A stretch of DNA of 64,000 nucleotides from the human T2T-CHM13v2.0 reference genome, Homo sapiens. Below the pieces are notes generated by a model, which saw nothing but the letters and a program-made list of their open reading frames with translations, made no database searches and had not been told where the DNA came from. Location of the stretch: the NCBI RefSeq assembly GCF_009914755.1, contig NC_060928.1, one strand, 5' to 3'. How positions within the stretch are numbered: position 1 is the first letter of the stretch; every line of letters starts with the position of its first letter. Both the position numbers and the translations under genes were made by a program. This document shows positions 1 to 14,064 of this stretch, in pieces.

Positions 1-720
1 CTATAGATCAATTTGCAGACAATTGACGTCCTAAAAATACCGAGTCTTCCAATCAATTAACATGGTGTATCTCTCCATTTACTTAGATATTTTTAAACTT
101 CCCTCAAATAGTTGTGTTGATTTTAGAGTACATGTTTAACAGATATTTTGTCAGATTTGTATTTTGTATTTTGATCCAATTGGATATGGTATTTTGAATT
201 TACTTTCCCTTTGATTTTGTAGCTTATATAAATATACCTTATGTTTGTTTCTTGATGTTGTATCTTACAAATTTGTTAATCTCATTAATTAGATCTAATA
301 GAATTTTTGTTTATTCCCTGGATTGTCCACATTGATGATCATGTCATCCATGACAAAAACAATTCTTTCCGATCTGGATTTTGTGTGTGTGTGTGTGTGT
401 GTGCATGATTTTCACATATAGAAACCCAAGTACAAGGTTAGAGAGAAGTGGTCAGAATGGAAATCTTTGCTTCGATCCTGATATTAAGAGGAAAATGTTG
501 GAAAATATTAATTCTATCACCTTTAAGATAGCTTAATAAATAGTGATAGCTATAGGTTTTACTTAGAATACGTTTATCATTTAGAGAACGTTTCCTTTTG
601 TTTCTTGTTTGCTGACAGTTTTTATCAGCAATAAATGTTGCATTTTTAAAATGCTTTTAAAAAATCTATTCATATAATTATATGCATATTCTCTTTTGGT
701 CTTCTATTATGGTAAATTTT
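1..720 (-). mobile_element. Ancient L1 (L1M-type) ORF2 fragment
   Basis: Degenerate T-rich sequence resembling antisense L1 ORF2 (e.g. CTATAGATCAATTTG..GAGTCTTCCAATC..CATGGTGTATCTCTCCATTTA); boundaries approximate. Confidence 0.6.
382..403. repeat. (TG)11 microsatellite
   Basis: Read directly. Confidence 0.95.
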
Positions 721-752
721 TTTGTGAATTTAAAAGATAAACAATATTATAC

Positions 753-792
<40 letters not shown>
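753..792. repeat. (GT)5(AT)15 compound microsatellite
   Basis: Read directly. Confidence 0.95.
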
Positions 793-796
<4 letters not shown>

Positions 797-903
797 CTAA
801 ATGATTTTCAGAAAAAAGGAAGATTTTACCAAATACAAGATGGATTGTGATTCTTTATTTAAAAAACATGAATGTGTTATTGCATAGACTTTAATGTACT
901 AAG

Positions 904-1409
904 TGTGTTGGATATTTATTGATGTGTAACAATCTACACTTAGGCACATGAAAACATTTCCTTATTGTTATCATCTATCATAGTTAGAAGAGTAACGGGT
1001 CTCAACTAATCAGTCATTGCTCAGTTTTTCATTCATACAGGAGCTGGGGCCAGAGTCATCTAGAAAATTTCTCACACACAGCTGGTGCCTATGTTAGAAA
1101 GACTCAGTTGGGATTAGCTTAGGCTGCAGGGCATTTTCCTCCACAAGGCCTCGTCAGCCTTGCAGCCTCAGTGTAGCTGAACTTCTTACATGGTGACTGG
1201 AGGCTCCCAAAGCTTATATCCAAGACAAACCAGCAGAAACTGTATACATATTCTAACCTAGCCTTAGAAATCATGCAGCAGGATTTTCACTATATTCTGA
1301 TCATTGAAGAAGTCACAAAGGCCTGTCTAGTTTAAAAACAGGAGGGCATTGACTCTAATTCTTCATGAGAGGCTTAACAAAGTATTTGTACATGTGTTTT
1401 AAACCTACA
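904..1409 (-). mobile_element. Old MaLR LTR (MLT1J/K-like)
   Basis: Antisense MLT1 blocks: CTTCTTACATGGTGACTGG, CTAGCCTTAGAAATCATGCAGCA, AGTCACAAAGGCC. Confidence 0.7.
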
Positions 1410-2840
1410 GAACAAATGATAGGCTATACTTTTATTTAAAATATAAATTTATAAAACTATTTATTTAAAGTAAAAATATAACTTATTTCAATCCTGGCCT
1501 TATGAGTTTGCCCTGAAGGTTTTGCACTTCTACGTCTTCAGTATATTTGATTATCTCACTTAGAGGATTCAACAACTTTTCTGTACCTGAGCTAGAAAAA
1601 TTGTATCAAGAAAGCCCATTTGAATTCTCGTGTGTAGAACCATAATCTACAGAATTTGTAAGCAATCAAATGCATACACAAATAGATAAAAAGCCTAATC
1701 CTTTTCTGCCTTTCATTCCTGCACTACTCATTCACCGGGCAATAAAATGCACCATAATTTTGCACAAATTGAGAGACCTTTGGAAAAATATATTGTGACG
1801 TTACAGTATTCCGTGGTGTACTATTCCAGGTTTTTTTCACATTTCACATGATGGAAAATAATAATTTTAAAGTCATTATCTCTTTCCAGAGTAATAGTTT
1901 GGAGGAACAGGTGGATGTCATCTCAGTCTCAGTCTGGAGCTCATTTCAATAAACTCAGATTGGCTGATTTTTTTTTAAGACATGACTATTAGTTGTCTCA
2001 TTTGTTACAGCCATTCTTTGCTGTTCTCACATCTGTCAAAGTCTATACAAATAGCCCCGTAGAGGAAGCAGATGTTACAAAGTTATAATTTAGTTGTTTG
2101 TTTTGCCTCATAGACAAAATGTGGACAGTAAACATCCTGGTCTGTTAAGCATCATTATCAAATGCAAATTGTTGATGAATTTTTTGATTAGTTTGTCACG
2201 GCTTTTGTAATGCTTATCTCACTAATTAGTACTGGAGAAAACATAGTATTCTCAGAAGTTAAACCCTTAAATAAGCCGGATAGGTAGACAGGTAGGTACA
2301 TAGCTAAGAAAGTATATAGGCAGACATAAAGGCAGATATAAAGATATACTTAGGTATCGATTTGTATAAAAGCTGAGTGTGATTTGTGATTACACTTGTA
2401 ATTATATAACGCGAAATTTACCTAATATGTAGACATATTTGATTTATCCACAAAATGTTGTACTACACATAAGCTTTTCTCTCAAAATAGAAATACCAAA
2501 TATTGAGTAGTAAAGAAAGAAGACATACATACACTTTTGTGGAATGTTAAATTATATTTTTGTGATTGATATTATTTTGATTTTTATTTTGTTTATATAT
2601 CTTAGGCAAACTTACTGACATTATTTATGAATAAGTAATGGACAGATTAATTTAGAGTTATTATACTTTAGCACTTTCATTTATCTGCTTATGTATTCAT
2701 TTAAAAACACAAAGTATAAGTGAATTGAATGTAATTTTGTGTTTTTTATATCAATAGACATATTTTCTGCTTAATCCTCAGTGGCTATTTTATCTAACTT
2801 TTTTTTACTTATTTATGTTACCAAATGTCCCTCTTTTCAA

Positions 2841-2950
2841 ACTAGAATGTAAGCCCCTTGAATGCACAACTATTTGTCTGTTCCATACAGTCCTAGAGTA
2901 GAACCTGCTACAGTGTAGGTGCTCTATAAATGTTTATTAAACATAATAAA
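2841..2950 (+). mobile_element. L2 3' end
   Basis: ACTAGAATGTAAGCCCCTTGA..TAGGTGCTCTATAAATGTTTATT resembles the L2 tail. Confidence 0.7.
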
Positions 2951-5253
2951 CAAATTAACATCATAAATATAAATAAGAAGAGACATTAGTTTTTGAAATA
3001 TGAAATGTAGTCTTTGCTTAGAGTTCCATGGATATTGAAAATAACATATTGCTACTACCATTAATAATAGTAAGAATTATGATTTTGATGATAAAATGAA
3101 AACTAAGGAAATATAAAACACAATAAGTAAACAAAGAAGATCAGAGCATATTCTACAAGTGCACGGAAATTAACTTCTAAAGAAATATTTCTGTGTATCA
3201 ATATTGAAAGGCAATTTTTTTCTGTTTTGAAATTACAAATATAAATTTATAACTTGTAAAGCATTAGGACATTCTGAATTTAATGAAAATATTGATGCTA
3301 TGCTAAATTGTCTGAATAACTTTCTTGCTTTCCTGAATAGAAAAATATATACTCTTTGTTACTAAAATTATGAAAGACAGCATGATTTTTTTCTACAAAA
3401 AAATGAAATCTTTGCTTGATATTACTCTATTATTTCAAAATAGGTAAATGTCCTTCTATCACATAAAAATAAAAAGATACCACCCACTTTGATGTAATTG
3501 AATATGAAGGCTCGTAAAACTATTTGTAATTATATAAATTATCCCCCAAGAAATAAAAATGCTAAAGTATTTCACATTTCTGTGATACAGACTTAAAGTG
3601 GTTATTAATTATATGTATGTTATGCTCAGACATAAATAAATCCTTTTGGAAATTGACTTTAAAACATGGATTTTACCCTAATAAAATCAAAGTATAGGTG
3701 TGGTCAATAATTTTCTACACTTCTCTATGTTTTCCCCAAATCATTAAAATTTCAAAACCTATTATTTGTTTTACTTTGTTTTTACGATATCAAGGGTTAT
3801 AGTTTTTGAAATTATCTGAATTTTAATTAATTTGAAATGCATTTAAACTTTAACTTTAGTATAATCTGTCATTTGTAATTGCTTTAAAAGTCATTTTATT
3901 TTATATAAGACACTTTGTCATAGCTAAAGGTACACTTTATTTAATTTTTTTTTGAAGCAAAGCTTGTATTTATTATTGTGGATAGACTTCAGATGTTATT
4001 GGATATGTTTTTTCCCTTCAATTTACTTTTGTTCCTTTAAGAAAACCTCCCAGTTACCTGTCATAGAGTGAACAAAAATAGCACATGTATACCCAACAGA
4101 AAACAAGCAGGTTTATTCCAAATATATATGTAAAGTATTTTTTTCATAATAAATTAATTAAAGTAATAAAAACACTGTGAAGTATCTTGAGCAATAAAAT
4201 ATTGTCTTATATTGAAGTAATTAAAAATAAGTTTTGAAAATATATCCACAGCTTTGTATTGAATTCACAAGTAAGAACACAAACTTACAATGATAACAAT
4301 GTACTTATAATTAATTTTTTAAAAAACACAGTGCTCAACATTTATAAGGTTGCACTGTTAAATATTTTTCATAATAATGTGCCTTCCTAAAACTTAAAAT
4401 ATTTTAATGTTAAATAATGTTTATAAAAATTTTATATTGATTTAATTACTTCCATTTTTATTTTCACATATAGTTTAAATAAGATTATGCTTAAATGTTT
4501 CTTGGATATTTGATATAATTAGATAAGAAGTTACTGTGAAAGTGAAAGATTTAAACTGCTTACATTATTTCTCTAATGCATATACAATTATTAGTATTTG
4601 GAAATCATTGCAGCTCATTTTGGTAAGTTATTTTTCTAAAAATATTATCAGTTATGTTTTCAAAACTAGTCTGATAGTAATGTTCATAATATAATCTTAT
4701 TAGCATTTTTATCACTAAAGCTTCTTTTTCATGATTTTTTTTCATTCCAAGTATAGTTTGTTGTCTCCTATTAAAAAATAAAATAATTATCACAGGTTAT
4801 AATTTTTATTCACTCATTGTAAAGATATTTTATATTTTCTACAATGAACATAAATTATTTTTGTCATAAAATGAAATATATATTTATGTTCTTTATCAGT
4901 ATATTAATAATTAGTCATTTCATATATTAGCCTGCATATAATACTATCAATGCTGTAAGAAGGTTTAGTAATCATAAATATTATAAATGATTATAGCATC
5001 ACAATCCTAGTAGGTTTTATATTTATTATTCATATTTCCATATAATTTATTTAACTAAATACTTAACTATATTTAAGTATATTTAACTATATTTGAATTA
5101 AATCATTATAAGACACTGAATTCATATGGAAGAACTGTCATCCTGCCATATTGTTCTTGTTCTGTTTCCAAGAACAATGTATAATAATTGTAACAATCAT
5201 TTTCTATTACTGATTTTTAAACATTTATGCCAATTTGATAAAGATAATATGCA

Positions 5254-5452
5254 GGCCGGACGCTGTGGTTCATGCCTGTAATCCCAGCTCTTTGGGAAGC
5301 TGAGGCGTGCAGGTCCCTTGAGCTCAGAAGTTGGAGACCTACTAGGCAACATGGCGAAACCTACGTGAAATAAAAAAGTTTGCCAAGGATGGTGCCACTG
5401 CGCTCACGCGTGGGTGACAGAGTGAGATCCTCAGTCCAAAAAAAAAAAAAAA
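5254..5452 (+). mobile_element. AluJ-like with internal deletion in the right arm
   Basis: GGCCGGACGCTGTGG start, full left arm, jump to GCCACTGC..GACAGAGTGAGA, poly(A) tail. Confidence 0.85.
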
Positions 5453-6296
5453 GCAGTATAAATATTCTTGTGAAAATATCTTTTTAAGAACATATTGAAC
5501 ATTAAAAATACCTTTTTATTGAATTCCTGTATGTTTTGCTTATTTTTAAGGCATTCATATTTGTCTTACCTATTTTGAATGCCGTATTTATACAATGAGT
5601 ATTACTACTTTGATAGACATAATAATTACTGCAGGTATGTATTGCCTATTAGATTTATTTTATAGTTTATTTGATATAAACATTAAAAATATTTATGTCA
5701 TCAGTCATATGAACACTTATTTGTAATCTGTTATATAACATTTCTTTAGACAATCATGAATTCATGTTGGATCAAGTCATAAATGTTGATAAGTTTTGCT
5801 TTCCCATAATGAAATATGGCTCAATCATTTGTTTTAATTTAATCTTTCGAAGTGATTATGTGATTTTTTGATATTACATTTCTACATATTCTGTTGATAT
5901 TCTGTTTCATTTCTAGCAGCTATTATACTTTCATGATGTAAATAAATTAGTATTTTACTGTTTCAAAAGTTATACCTTTTTATTTTATGATACTTACCAT
6001 TGAGAAATTCCTTGTCCATTATTTATATTTAAAAAATTCCTTGTATGTTTTTGCTTGGTAGTTCTTACATATACACAAGTATGTAGAAATATATGTTACA
6101 CACATGGACACACATATATTCCATGTGTTCATTGTAAATATGTATGTATATGAATATAATGATTAATGAACAAGTAAGACATTTTTTAAATGTATCTACC
6201 AAAGTAAAATTAGGAAAATAGTGTAGACAGATTTAAATGAATTTTATCACGATCTTATTTATACTATAGCTCTTACTTATGTAGGAGTCAAAATGA

Positions 6297-6594
<298 letters not shown>

Positions 6595-7179
6595 AAAATA
6601 AAGGATTCTTCATTGTTAATATTGACTATTGATACTTTATTTTCTCTTATTTTAAACTTTAATAAATATAACAGAAATTGAAAAATGTTAAATTGCTACA
6701 AAGAAAAAATATATGAGTAAAATGTAATTGATATTGCAAGGAACCAAAACATTAATTATTAAGCCAAAATAAAAAGAAAATATTAGTAATTAATATAAAT
6801 ATAATCCATATCTGCCATTGTGAATAAATATACAAATATAGAAAGGCAAATTGAAACTTAAAATTAAAATAAAATTGGATATACATTCAATAATCTTTTT
6901 CTAGATTCATAAACAAATAGCTAAAAAGACATTTGCAAATGATAACATTATATGATAAACTTCTTAGAAAGCAGGTCGCTGCTATTTTATAAAGAAAATC
7001 CAATTGATATAACTAAATTAGAGTAAAAGATGCTTTAAATTGGTAAAATATGCAATCCACATCTAACATCTACTTTTATGAAACAATAGATACAACATTG
7101 AAACACATTACAATAACATATTGCCAGCTATGTATGTTCTTCCTGTTTTCTTATGATGAATTCATTATGTATAGGTCAC

Positions 7180-7536
7180 TGATATGGTTTGGCTGTGTCC
7201 CCACCCAAATCTTAACTTGAATTGTACCTCCCAGAATTCCCATGTGTTGTGGGAGGGACCCAAGGGGAGGTAATTTCATCATGGGGACCAGTCTTTCCTG
7301 TGCTATTCTCGTGATATTGAATAAGTCTCAGGGGATCGGATGTAAGTTTTATCAGGTGTTTCCACTTTTGCTTCTTGCTCATTTTCTTTTGTCGCCACCA
7401 GGTAAGAAGTGCCTTTCACCTCCTGCCATGATTCTGAGGCCTCCCCAGCCAGGTGGAACTGTAAGTCAAATTAAACCTCTTTTTCTTCCCAGTCTCAGTT
7501 ATATCTTTATCAGCAGCATGAAAATGGACTAATACA
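7180..7536 (+). mobile_element. THE1A solo LTR (MaLR)
   Basis: TGATATGGTTTGGCTGTGTCCCCACCCAAAT..GGACTAATACA; TSD GTCAC/CTCAC. Confidence 0.9.
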
Positions 7537-9899
7537 CTCACTGTGGTTTACCATGTTCTACTGTTTCATTTGTCATGCTTTGTTGAATGAAGGATGAATG
7601 CTTAACCTAAAGGTCAACCTATGAGCTAATTTGATGAAAAATGTTTCCTTATGCTCCAAGACAAATGACTTAACCAATCACTTTCTTTCTTGAGACATAT
7701 GGACATGACAGTTAAAAGTAAACATTGTAGTTTTGTCATTTGTAGCCACTGATGGTGGAGCAATGAGTATGGTAGTGTGCTTAGTGAGAAGAATAACATG
7801 ATAGAATAGCTCCTGTGTCCTAAATAGGTCCTTACACTCTGAGAGGCTAGGTGTTACATGTATCACATATTATGATGAGAAAGGTAAATAAATAATAAAC
7901 AAACATGTAACGATCAAGGATAGACTGCAAGGTTTACATAAAATTGGACAGAGAAGTTCTTCATTTTTTATGCCATAATAGAATACATTGTAATAAGGGA
8001 TCTTAGATTGATTGTATTCTGTTGTGAAATACCTTCTTGCTACTAAGCATCAAATGTAAAATTTCAAAGAAATTTATAAAGTGACTGGTTATACAAAAAT
8101 GAACATAAAATGAAGATTATTATGTTGAGGTAGGTTAAATAAACAACTAAGTTTTAGTAAGTAAATGTGCACATTTTATATTTTCATATATTAATTAATA
8201 ATACACTGTGCAGAAAAAAATTATAGTTTATGAAATAGAATCAGTTTGCATACGTGATTCTGTGATATAATAAGTTAATCATGTTTATTATGATGTTTTA
8301 TGATGTGCTTTTATTACAAGTAGTAGGAAGTTTTCCTGGTTATTATGCTAACCCAAATATTAACCGATCAGATAATGATGCTTACTAAAAACAAAGAGAG
8401 CAGGAACAGGCAATGTTACATAATGGAAGCTCAGAAAAATGAGATTGTAATATGAATACTGGTCACAATGGTGATAATATAATCAATTTTGGGGGGATTC
8501 ACTTTTCATAACTGAAAGAGTTGGCTTACAATATATTCAGTTTAGACTCATTTCAATTCTCAAGTTCCATGATAAAAAATGCAGTCTCAAAACTGCTTTT
8601 CAAAGCTTAAATGTTTATATTAGTTAACCAGTTAGAAACAATTCGTAGGGTTTCTACTAAGGATAACCAAGAAACAATCTCCTTGAAGGCAATTACCATT
8701 TATGATTTGTCTTTGTATTTTTAGAATCAAGTATTGTCTCTTACATAGGTAGTACGCTTCATATGTTAAAAATATTTATTTTGATAAGCATTCAAGTTAA
8801 AGTTTGCATTGTTATAAAATACCAATATAGAAATTTGGGGCATTTCTTACATATGTCTAAAACATTCTGAGTAAAGGTTAGTTCTCTGTAGAAAGATAAT
8901 AAATACACTATGGAGAGATTTTTCACTGAAATATTATCCATATTCATCTTAGCTAAAAACATTGCTCCGTGTAAGGTATTTAATATAAGGGTGAAAAGAT
9001 AGAACTAAAGTATAAGAATTTATTCCTAATTTCTTCAAAGTATTTTAAAATTGTAATTCCAAAAACAAATAAACCAAGAAAAATTTTCTCCAGCTCTTAG
9101 GGAAGTATGCTACGCTAAGGGAAAAAAATGTACTTTTATTAAAGTGTAATGATCCTGCCTGTCAATGGGGAAAACTTCTGTCCCTGAGCATGTTTCCTAC
9201 CAAAGATGGCATCATGATTAATGACAGAAAATGCTAGATAAATGGGTATCATAAAAGCTGCCAAAACGTTCATTCTTTTGCAAGTTACATTTTATCTTAC
9301 ATTGTCTCTTACATTATTAATGCAGAAAGCTGTTATTTCATTCATGAATAATTGAGTAAGTGCAGAGTGGAGGTTGGAAAATTGAGAAAAAAAAGAGATG
9401 CCGTTTTCTCTCATCACAGTTGTGTATATACAGAGGACAGTAACAAATGTTATTGTCAACAATGTGTTCAATGGATTGCTTTGAAGATATTGATATTACT
9501 CTGTGATTAAACAGTTGAAGAAAGCTCTGGCCTCACTGCTTAGGAGGATTTACATCTTCTTTTTCTCTCTGAATTTTTCTGTTACATAAATTAACAGCTA
9601 TGACAGAGTGAATAGCATGTAACTCCACAATAGAAGTGGCGCCTATGGACAAAACTGATTACTTTCATCAATATCATAATAATGTGGTATATATTACTAA
9701 AGGGTTTTTTTAAAAATTTACAGCTGTGTTTTGCTAATGTGTGTTACATGAAGATGATATATGTAAGAAATGTATGTTGATACTCTTTAGCATATTCCTA
9801 AATCTTAGTGTATATTGCATAAGACTAAGTAGTTAACTACTTAAAAAGGTATGAGTTTTGGAAATGATCAAGTACTGACCTATTAAATTATGTTACAGA

Positions 9900-10450
9900 A
9901 AGAGACACAGTAGAAAGGGAGAGAAGCTTGAAAATGTCTGTGGAAAAAAATACATGATAGAGTTATATATTAGATTTAGAAGAGAACCCGAGATAATTTC
10001 TAGAACTAAGAAATTCTATCAAAATATAAGCACTGTACTCAATTCATGTGTTTTATAATAGCATAGATACAGCTGACAGAGAAAGTAAACTTCCTAGAAG
10101 TGAAAAATAATTTTCCAATATTTTACCTGCAGGGATAAAAATAGACAGAAATTATAGAGGAGAGAGTAAAATGTGTGAGGTAGAAACATCTAACATATGT
10201 TTAATCTTAGTCCCAGTAAGATAAAAGGGAAAAATAAAGAAAATTAATATTTGGTATATTAATGGATTAAGTTTTCCTCAAAATGATTTAAAACACTAAT
10301 TAAAAGTTCTAAAATCTTAGAGAATCCTGAGAATGATAAATAAAAATAAATTTCCACTAAAAATTTTATAGTGAAAATACAGAAGCCAAAAAAGCAAAGG
10401 ATAATAAAACTTTTATAGAGTGAATAACTGTAATTCCCAAAATCAAAGTT
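9900..10450 (+). mobile_element. Ancient L1 ORF1 remnant
   Basis: A-rich; ATCTAACATATGTTTAATCTTAGTCCCAG and AGAATGATAAATAAAAATAAATTTCCAC resemble old L1 ORF1. Confidence 0.5.
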
Positions 10451-10809
10451 TTTAACCTAAAAATATTGAAATTATCTATGCATGACAGTAAATTGACTAC
10501 ATGCTGTTATTCCGTAGTTTACATGAAGAAAATAAAATACATTTGGAGTAAATTTTGGTCAGTTTTGTGTCAATAAGTTTCCTAATTGTGACAAACTTGA
10601 GACATTTCTAGGAAACATAAAGGACTAAGTCTGAAAGAATAATCTTTTTTAAAAAATCATTCAATATGGAAGTTTAAAACGCAATTGGCAATCATCTATA
10701 TTTATAATGCTTCAATTACAGATGGACCAAGATAATTATTATTTTTATTTATTGGCATGGACTATATGCTATTTTCAAGGTACTTTGCTTGATGGAAAAT
10801 TAAATACAA

Positions 10810-11010
10810 AAGGATACATCATTGGCTTTACTCTTCATCAGCTTACTATTGGATAGTTACATAAGAAGCTTAGGAAGAATGAGAATGTGCTATAACTGTG
10901 AGAAGTTGGAGGGTGGAGGCATGAATTCTCATTCTGGGCATCTGAAAACAGTTTGTGGAAGAGATAATATTTTATCCAGACCTTGAAAATATAGGTATGA
11001 TTTTGAAAAA
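10810..11010 (-). mobile_element. L2 fragment
   Basis: Resembles antisense L2 (GTTTGTGGAAGAGATAATATTTTATCCAGACCTTGAAA). Confidence 0.45.
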
Positions 11011-11030
11011 AAAAATATGATGTGTGTAAA

Positions 11031-11512
11031 CCAATAACATTCATTTACCAACATATTTACTCCTCTCTTTTTAAAATAACTTCCTGTACTTTAAATTCAG
11101 TCATCTAGGACCATTTTGTTTTGTGGAAATGTGCTATAGTACTCTTTCAGAAGCTATGTTAGTGTAAGCATTCTAATGATAGAGTTATTCAAGTTTTGTC
11201 TAAATATTTTCACATTTAATCAATATTTTTGAAAGTAATTTCATTGCATAGCATTCCAGATTGTCAATTATTGTTACTACCAATAATATTATTTACCAAA
11301 ATATTTACTGTCTTTTTAAAATGACTTCCTGTACTTTGAATTCATTCATCTAGGATCATTTTCTTTTGTGGAAATGGGCTATACTACTTTTAGAATCTCT
11401 GTTAGTGCAAGCATTCTAATGATAGATTCAAGTTTAGTCTAAATATTTCTACATTTAACCAACATTTTTGAAAGTAATTTAATTGCATAACATCCTAGGT
11501 TGTCAATTATTT
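11031..11512. repeat. Diverged tandem duplication, ~249-bp unit, two copies
   Basis: Copy 1 is 11031-11279 and copy 2 is 11280-11512; shared blocks ACTTCCTGTACTTT, TTTTGTGGAAATG, AAGCATTCTAATGATAGA, TTGAAAGTAATTT, TTGTCAATTATT. Confidence 0.9.
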
Positions 11513-12099
11513 TTGCTTCATTATTTTTATCATTTTGTTGTTATACTTAAATATGTTACAGTAATATCTTGTCTTATTTTTGTGGTTGAAAATATTGTCA
11601 ATTTTATTATCGCTCCCTTGGAAAAAAAATACGTATTTTAATTGAAGCCTTTTTTGGTAATTATCCATTATTATTGTGAATATTTATAAAGTATATTAGT
11701 GCCATAGATTTGGTAATTATTTACAATTATTTACATTCACCTTTTAGTAAAATCAAATATTCATTATTTTTATTTATTTATCTCTCAAATGTCTCCCACT
11801 ATGATAGCAACATTCTTTTTCACTGTACTGATGGTATACTTTACCATATGACTTGCTTTGTTCCACTGAATGTGTACAGACACCAAGTGTGCCATGCTGA
11901 GCCAGGAACATTGGTGTGTCGTGTAAACATATTAGAAAATAAAAGAAAAAACTTTGTCTATTCTCTTTCACTCTAGATAGATATAAATAGACAGATAAAG
12001 GTATGACTATAGATATAAATATGTATATGCAGACCTTTATAAAAATGATAAATAAAAAGATACAGACATATCTATGTAAGTGTAGAATAGAGATAGATA

Positions 12100-13110
12100 G
12101 GATATATTTTTATTTACCAAAATGTTTATCGCATCTTTTCCTCTTTATTTCATCCGATGCATTTTTTCTTCCTTTAGTTAAAGAATTTCCTTTACAGTTT
12201 TTAATGAATGTCTCCTAATGGTGACTTATCCCTCTATATTTTTTAACTTGAAAATGCGTCTCAGATTTTTTTTGTTATTTTTGAAATATACTTTGGTGGG
12301 ATATTGGATTCTAGATATTGAGGTGTATTTTTGAGGTGTTTGAATATGCCATTCTAGTATATTCTGGTGTCTATCATTTCTAATGATAAATTATTCATTA
12401 TTTATGTATTTTTTCTTTCATAGAATAGGTAGTTGGCCCCTTCCCTTGCTCCTTTTAGAACATTCTCTGTTTTTGTCTTTTCAACAGGATCTTGTTAATA
12501 TGGGAAAGTGAGGTTTCTTTGTATTTACCTGCTTGATATTTAATGATTCTTTTAGGTCTTTGGGTTAACACTTTTTACAAATTTAGTTAAAAAGTTTTGG
12601 CCACTCTTGCTCCAATTTGTCTTTTCCTGTTTTGTGTTAACTCTTTTCTGTTTTGGAGACTTCAATTCCATGTATATTATGCCACTTTATATTTTCCCAC
12701 AAGACTCTGAGGTGCTCTTAATTTTTTTCTTTATTTTTTTCCTTCAATGTTTAGATTGAATAATTGTTATTGATTTAGTTTTATGTTAATGTGTTATTTA
12801 GTTTGCTATTTTCAATATTTTATTCAAGACATCTCGTAAGTATTGTATTTCAGTCTTACTATATCTATTTGGATCTTATTTTGTGAAGTTTTCTTTCTTC
12901 TTAAAATTACTTGTTTACTCGTTAAGACTCCTTCCTCCTTTAATCTATTAAACATATTTTTAATCCATTACACATATTAATAATACCTGCTTTGATATAT
13001 TGTCTTCTAATTCTAATATCTAGGGTCATCTCCAATTCTAATATCTAGAGTCAGTTTATGTTTACTAACTTTTGAATTATGAATTACACTCTTGATTTTT
13101 AAAAAGTGAG
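12100..13110 (-). mobile_element. Old L1 (L1MC/ME-type) ORF1 region
   Basis: T-rich antisense L1 ORF1-like sequence (TTTTTGAAATATACTTTGGTGGGATATTGGATTCTAG). Confidence 0.6.
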
Positions 13111-13943
13111 CATGTTAGTTTTTGGTACCCCATGCTGATCTTTGAATGGGAACAGCTTTGGGGATGCACCATCTCTATTAAGCACAACAGTAGATACTGA
13201 AGAGTAGCACTGGACTCTGATGTGTACCTGTGATGATATTCTATGATGTATGAGATTGCATGCCTTTAGATCCAACATTCTATACCCCTTCTATTAGCAG
13301 TGCAGACTGTGACTGTGTGGATGAAAAGACAAACTCATACATACAATAAGTATGTATCCTTGTGAAAATAAACTGGTGTTTTGTTTGTCATAAAAGAAGG
13401 AGGACCATGTAGTGTATTTGTCATCAAGTGACCAGGTAATCCGAGTAAAAAATAATGCAACAATGTCACATTGGGAAATCAATATTGGTCTCTGTTGTGA
13501 AACCAGTATGCATTTAGACCTACCATTCATTTAGATGCAAAGGTAGCTATATAATCCTGGTTAAGTAGGAGTCCATGTTATGGGGAAAATATTCAGTACC
13601 TCTGCTATCATGGAAATTTTTTTCACCTACTCACCAAGCCAATGTATTTCCTGTATGAAAAGTGGCACGTCAGGGAACTGAGCAAAACATTGTTACTTTT
13701 TATTGGGGAAATTATTCTCAGCCTCCTGCATCTCAATTCTTGGCTTTTTCTGCTTTTGCAAATTAAGCAGTACCCTTGTTGACTGCCATTTTTTTCCCCT
13801 AGAGGTATTATACTCGATTATTTTTTAAAACTCCCTGTGGGTTCAGACCCCTTGATTTTCTTACTGATATTTCTGATTGCTGCAATTGAAGATTTCTGGT
13901 TTCTGGTGGTGAAGCCTTGGCACCTGACCTCCATTCATTTGGT

Positions 13944-14064
13944 TATATATGAACATATATACATATATACGAACATATATACATATATATGAACATGTAT
14001 ATATTTAAACATACATATGAACATATGTATATATATGAACATATGTGTATATATATATGAACAT
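13944..14064. repeat. AT-rich minisatellite, unit ~GAACATATATACATATATAT
   Basis: About seven GAACAT/AAACAT anchors with variable TA spacers. Confidence 0.85.

Noticed and set aside
1880-1916. Possible 21-nt microexon (TCTCTTTCCAG|AGTAATAGTTTGGAGGAACAG|GTGGAT)
   Set aside because: Weak donor and no other supportable exons; expected by chance
5048-5095. ~10-bp TATTTAACTA repeats with a short palindrome
   Set aside because: Ordinary AT-rich slippage product
7430-7460. PRDM9 hotspot motif CCTCCCTNNCCAC in THE1 LTRs
   Set aside because: The copies read CCTCCCCAGCCAG, CTTCCCAGCCAT and CTTCCCCATCCCT; the motif is absent
13006-13053. 25-bp tandem duplication (also a 33-bp one at 14479-14534)
   Set aside because: Small local duplications inside repeats; two copies only, no array or spacer structure
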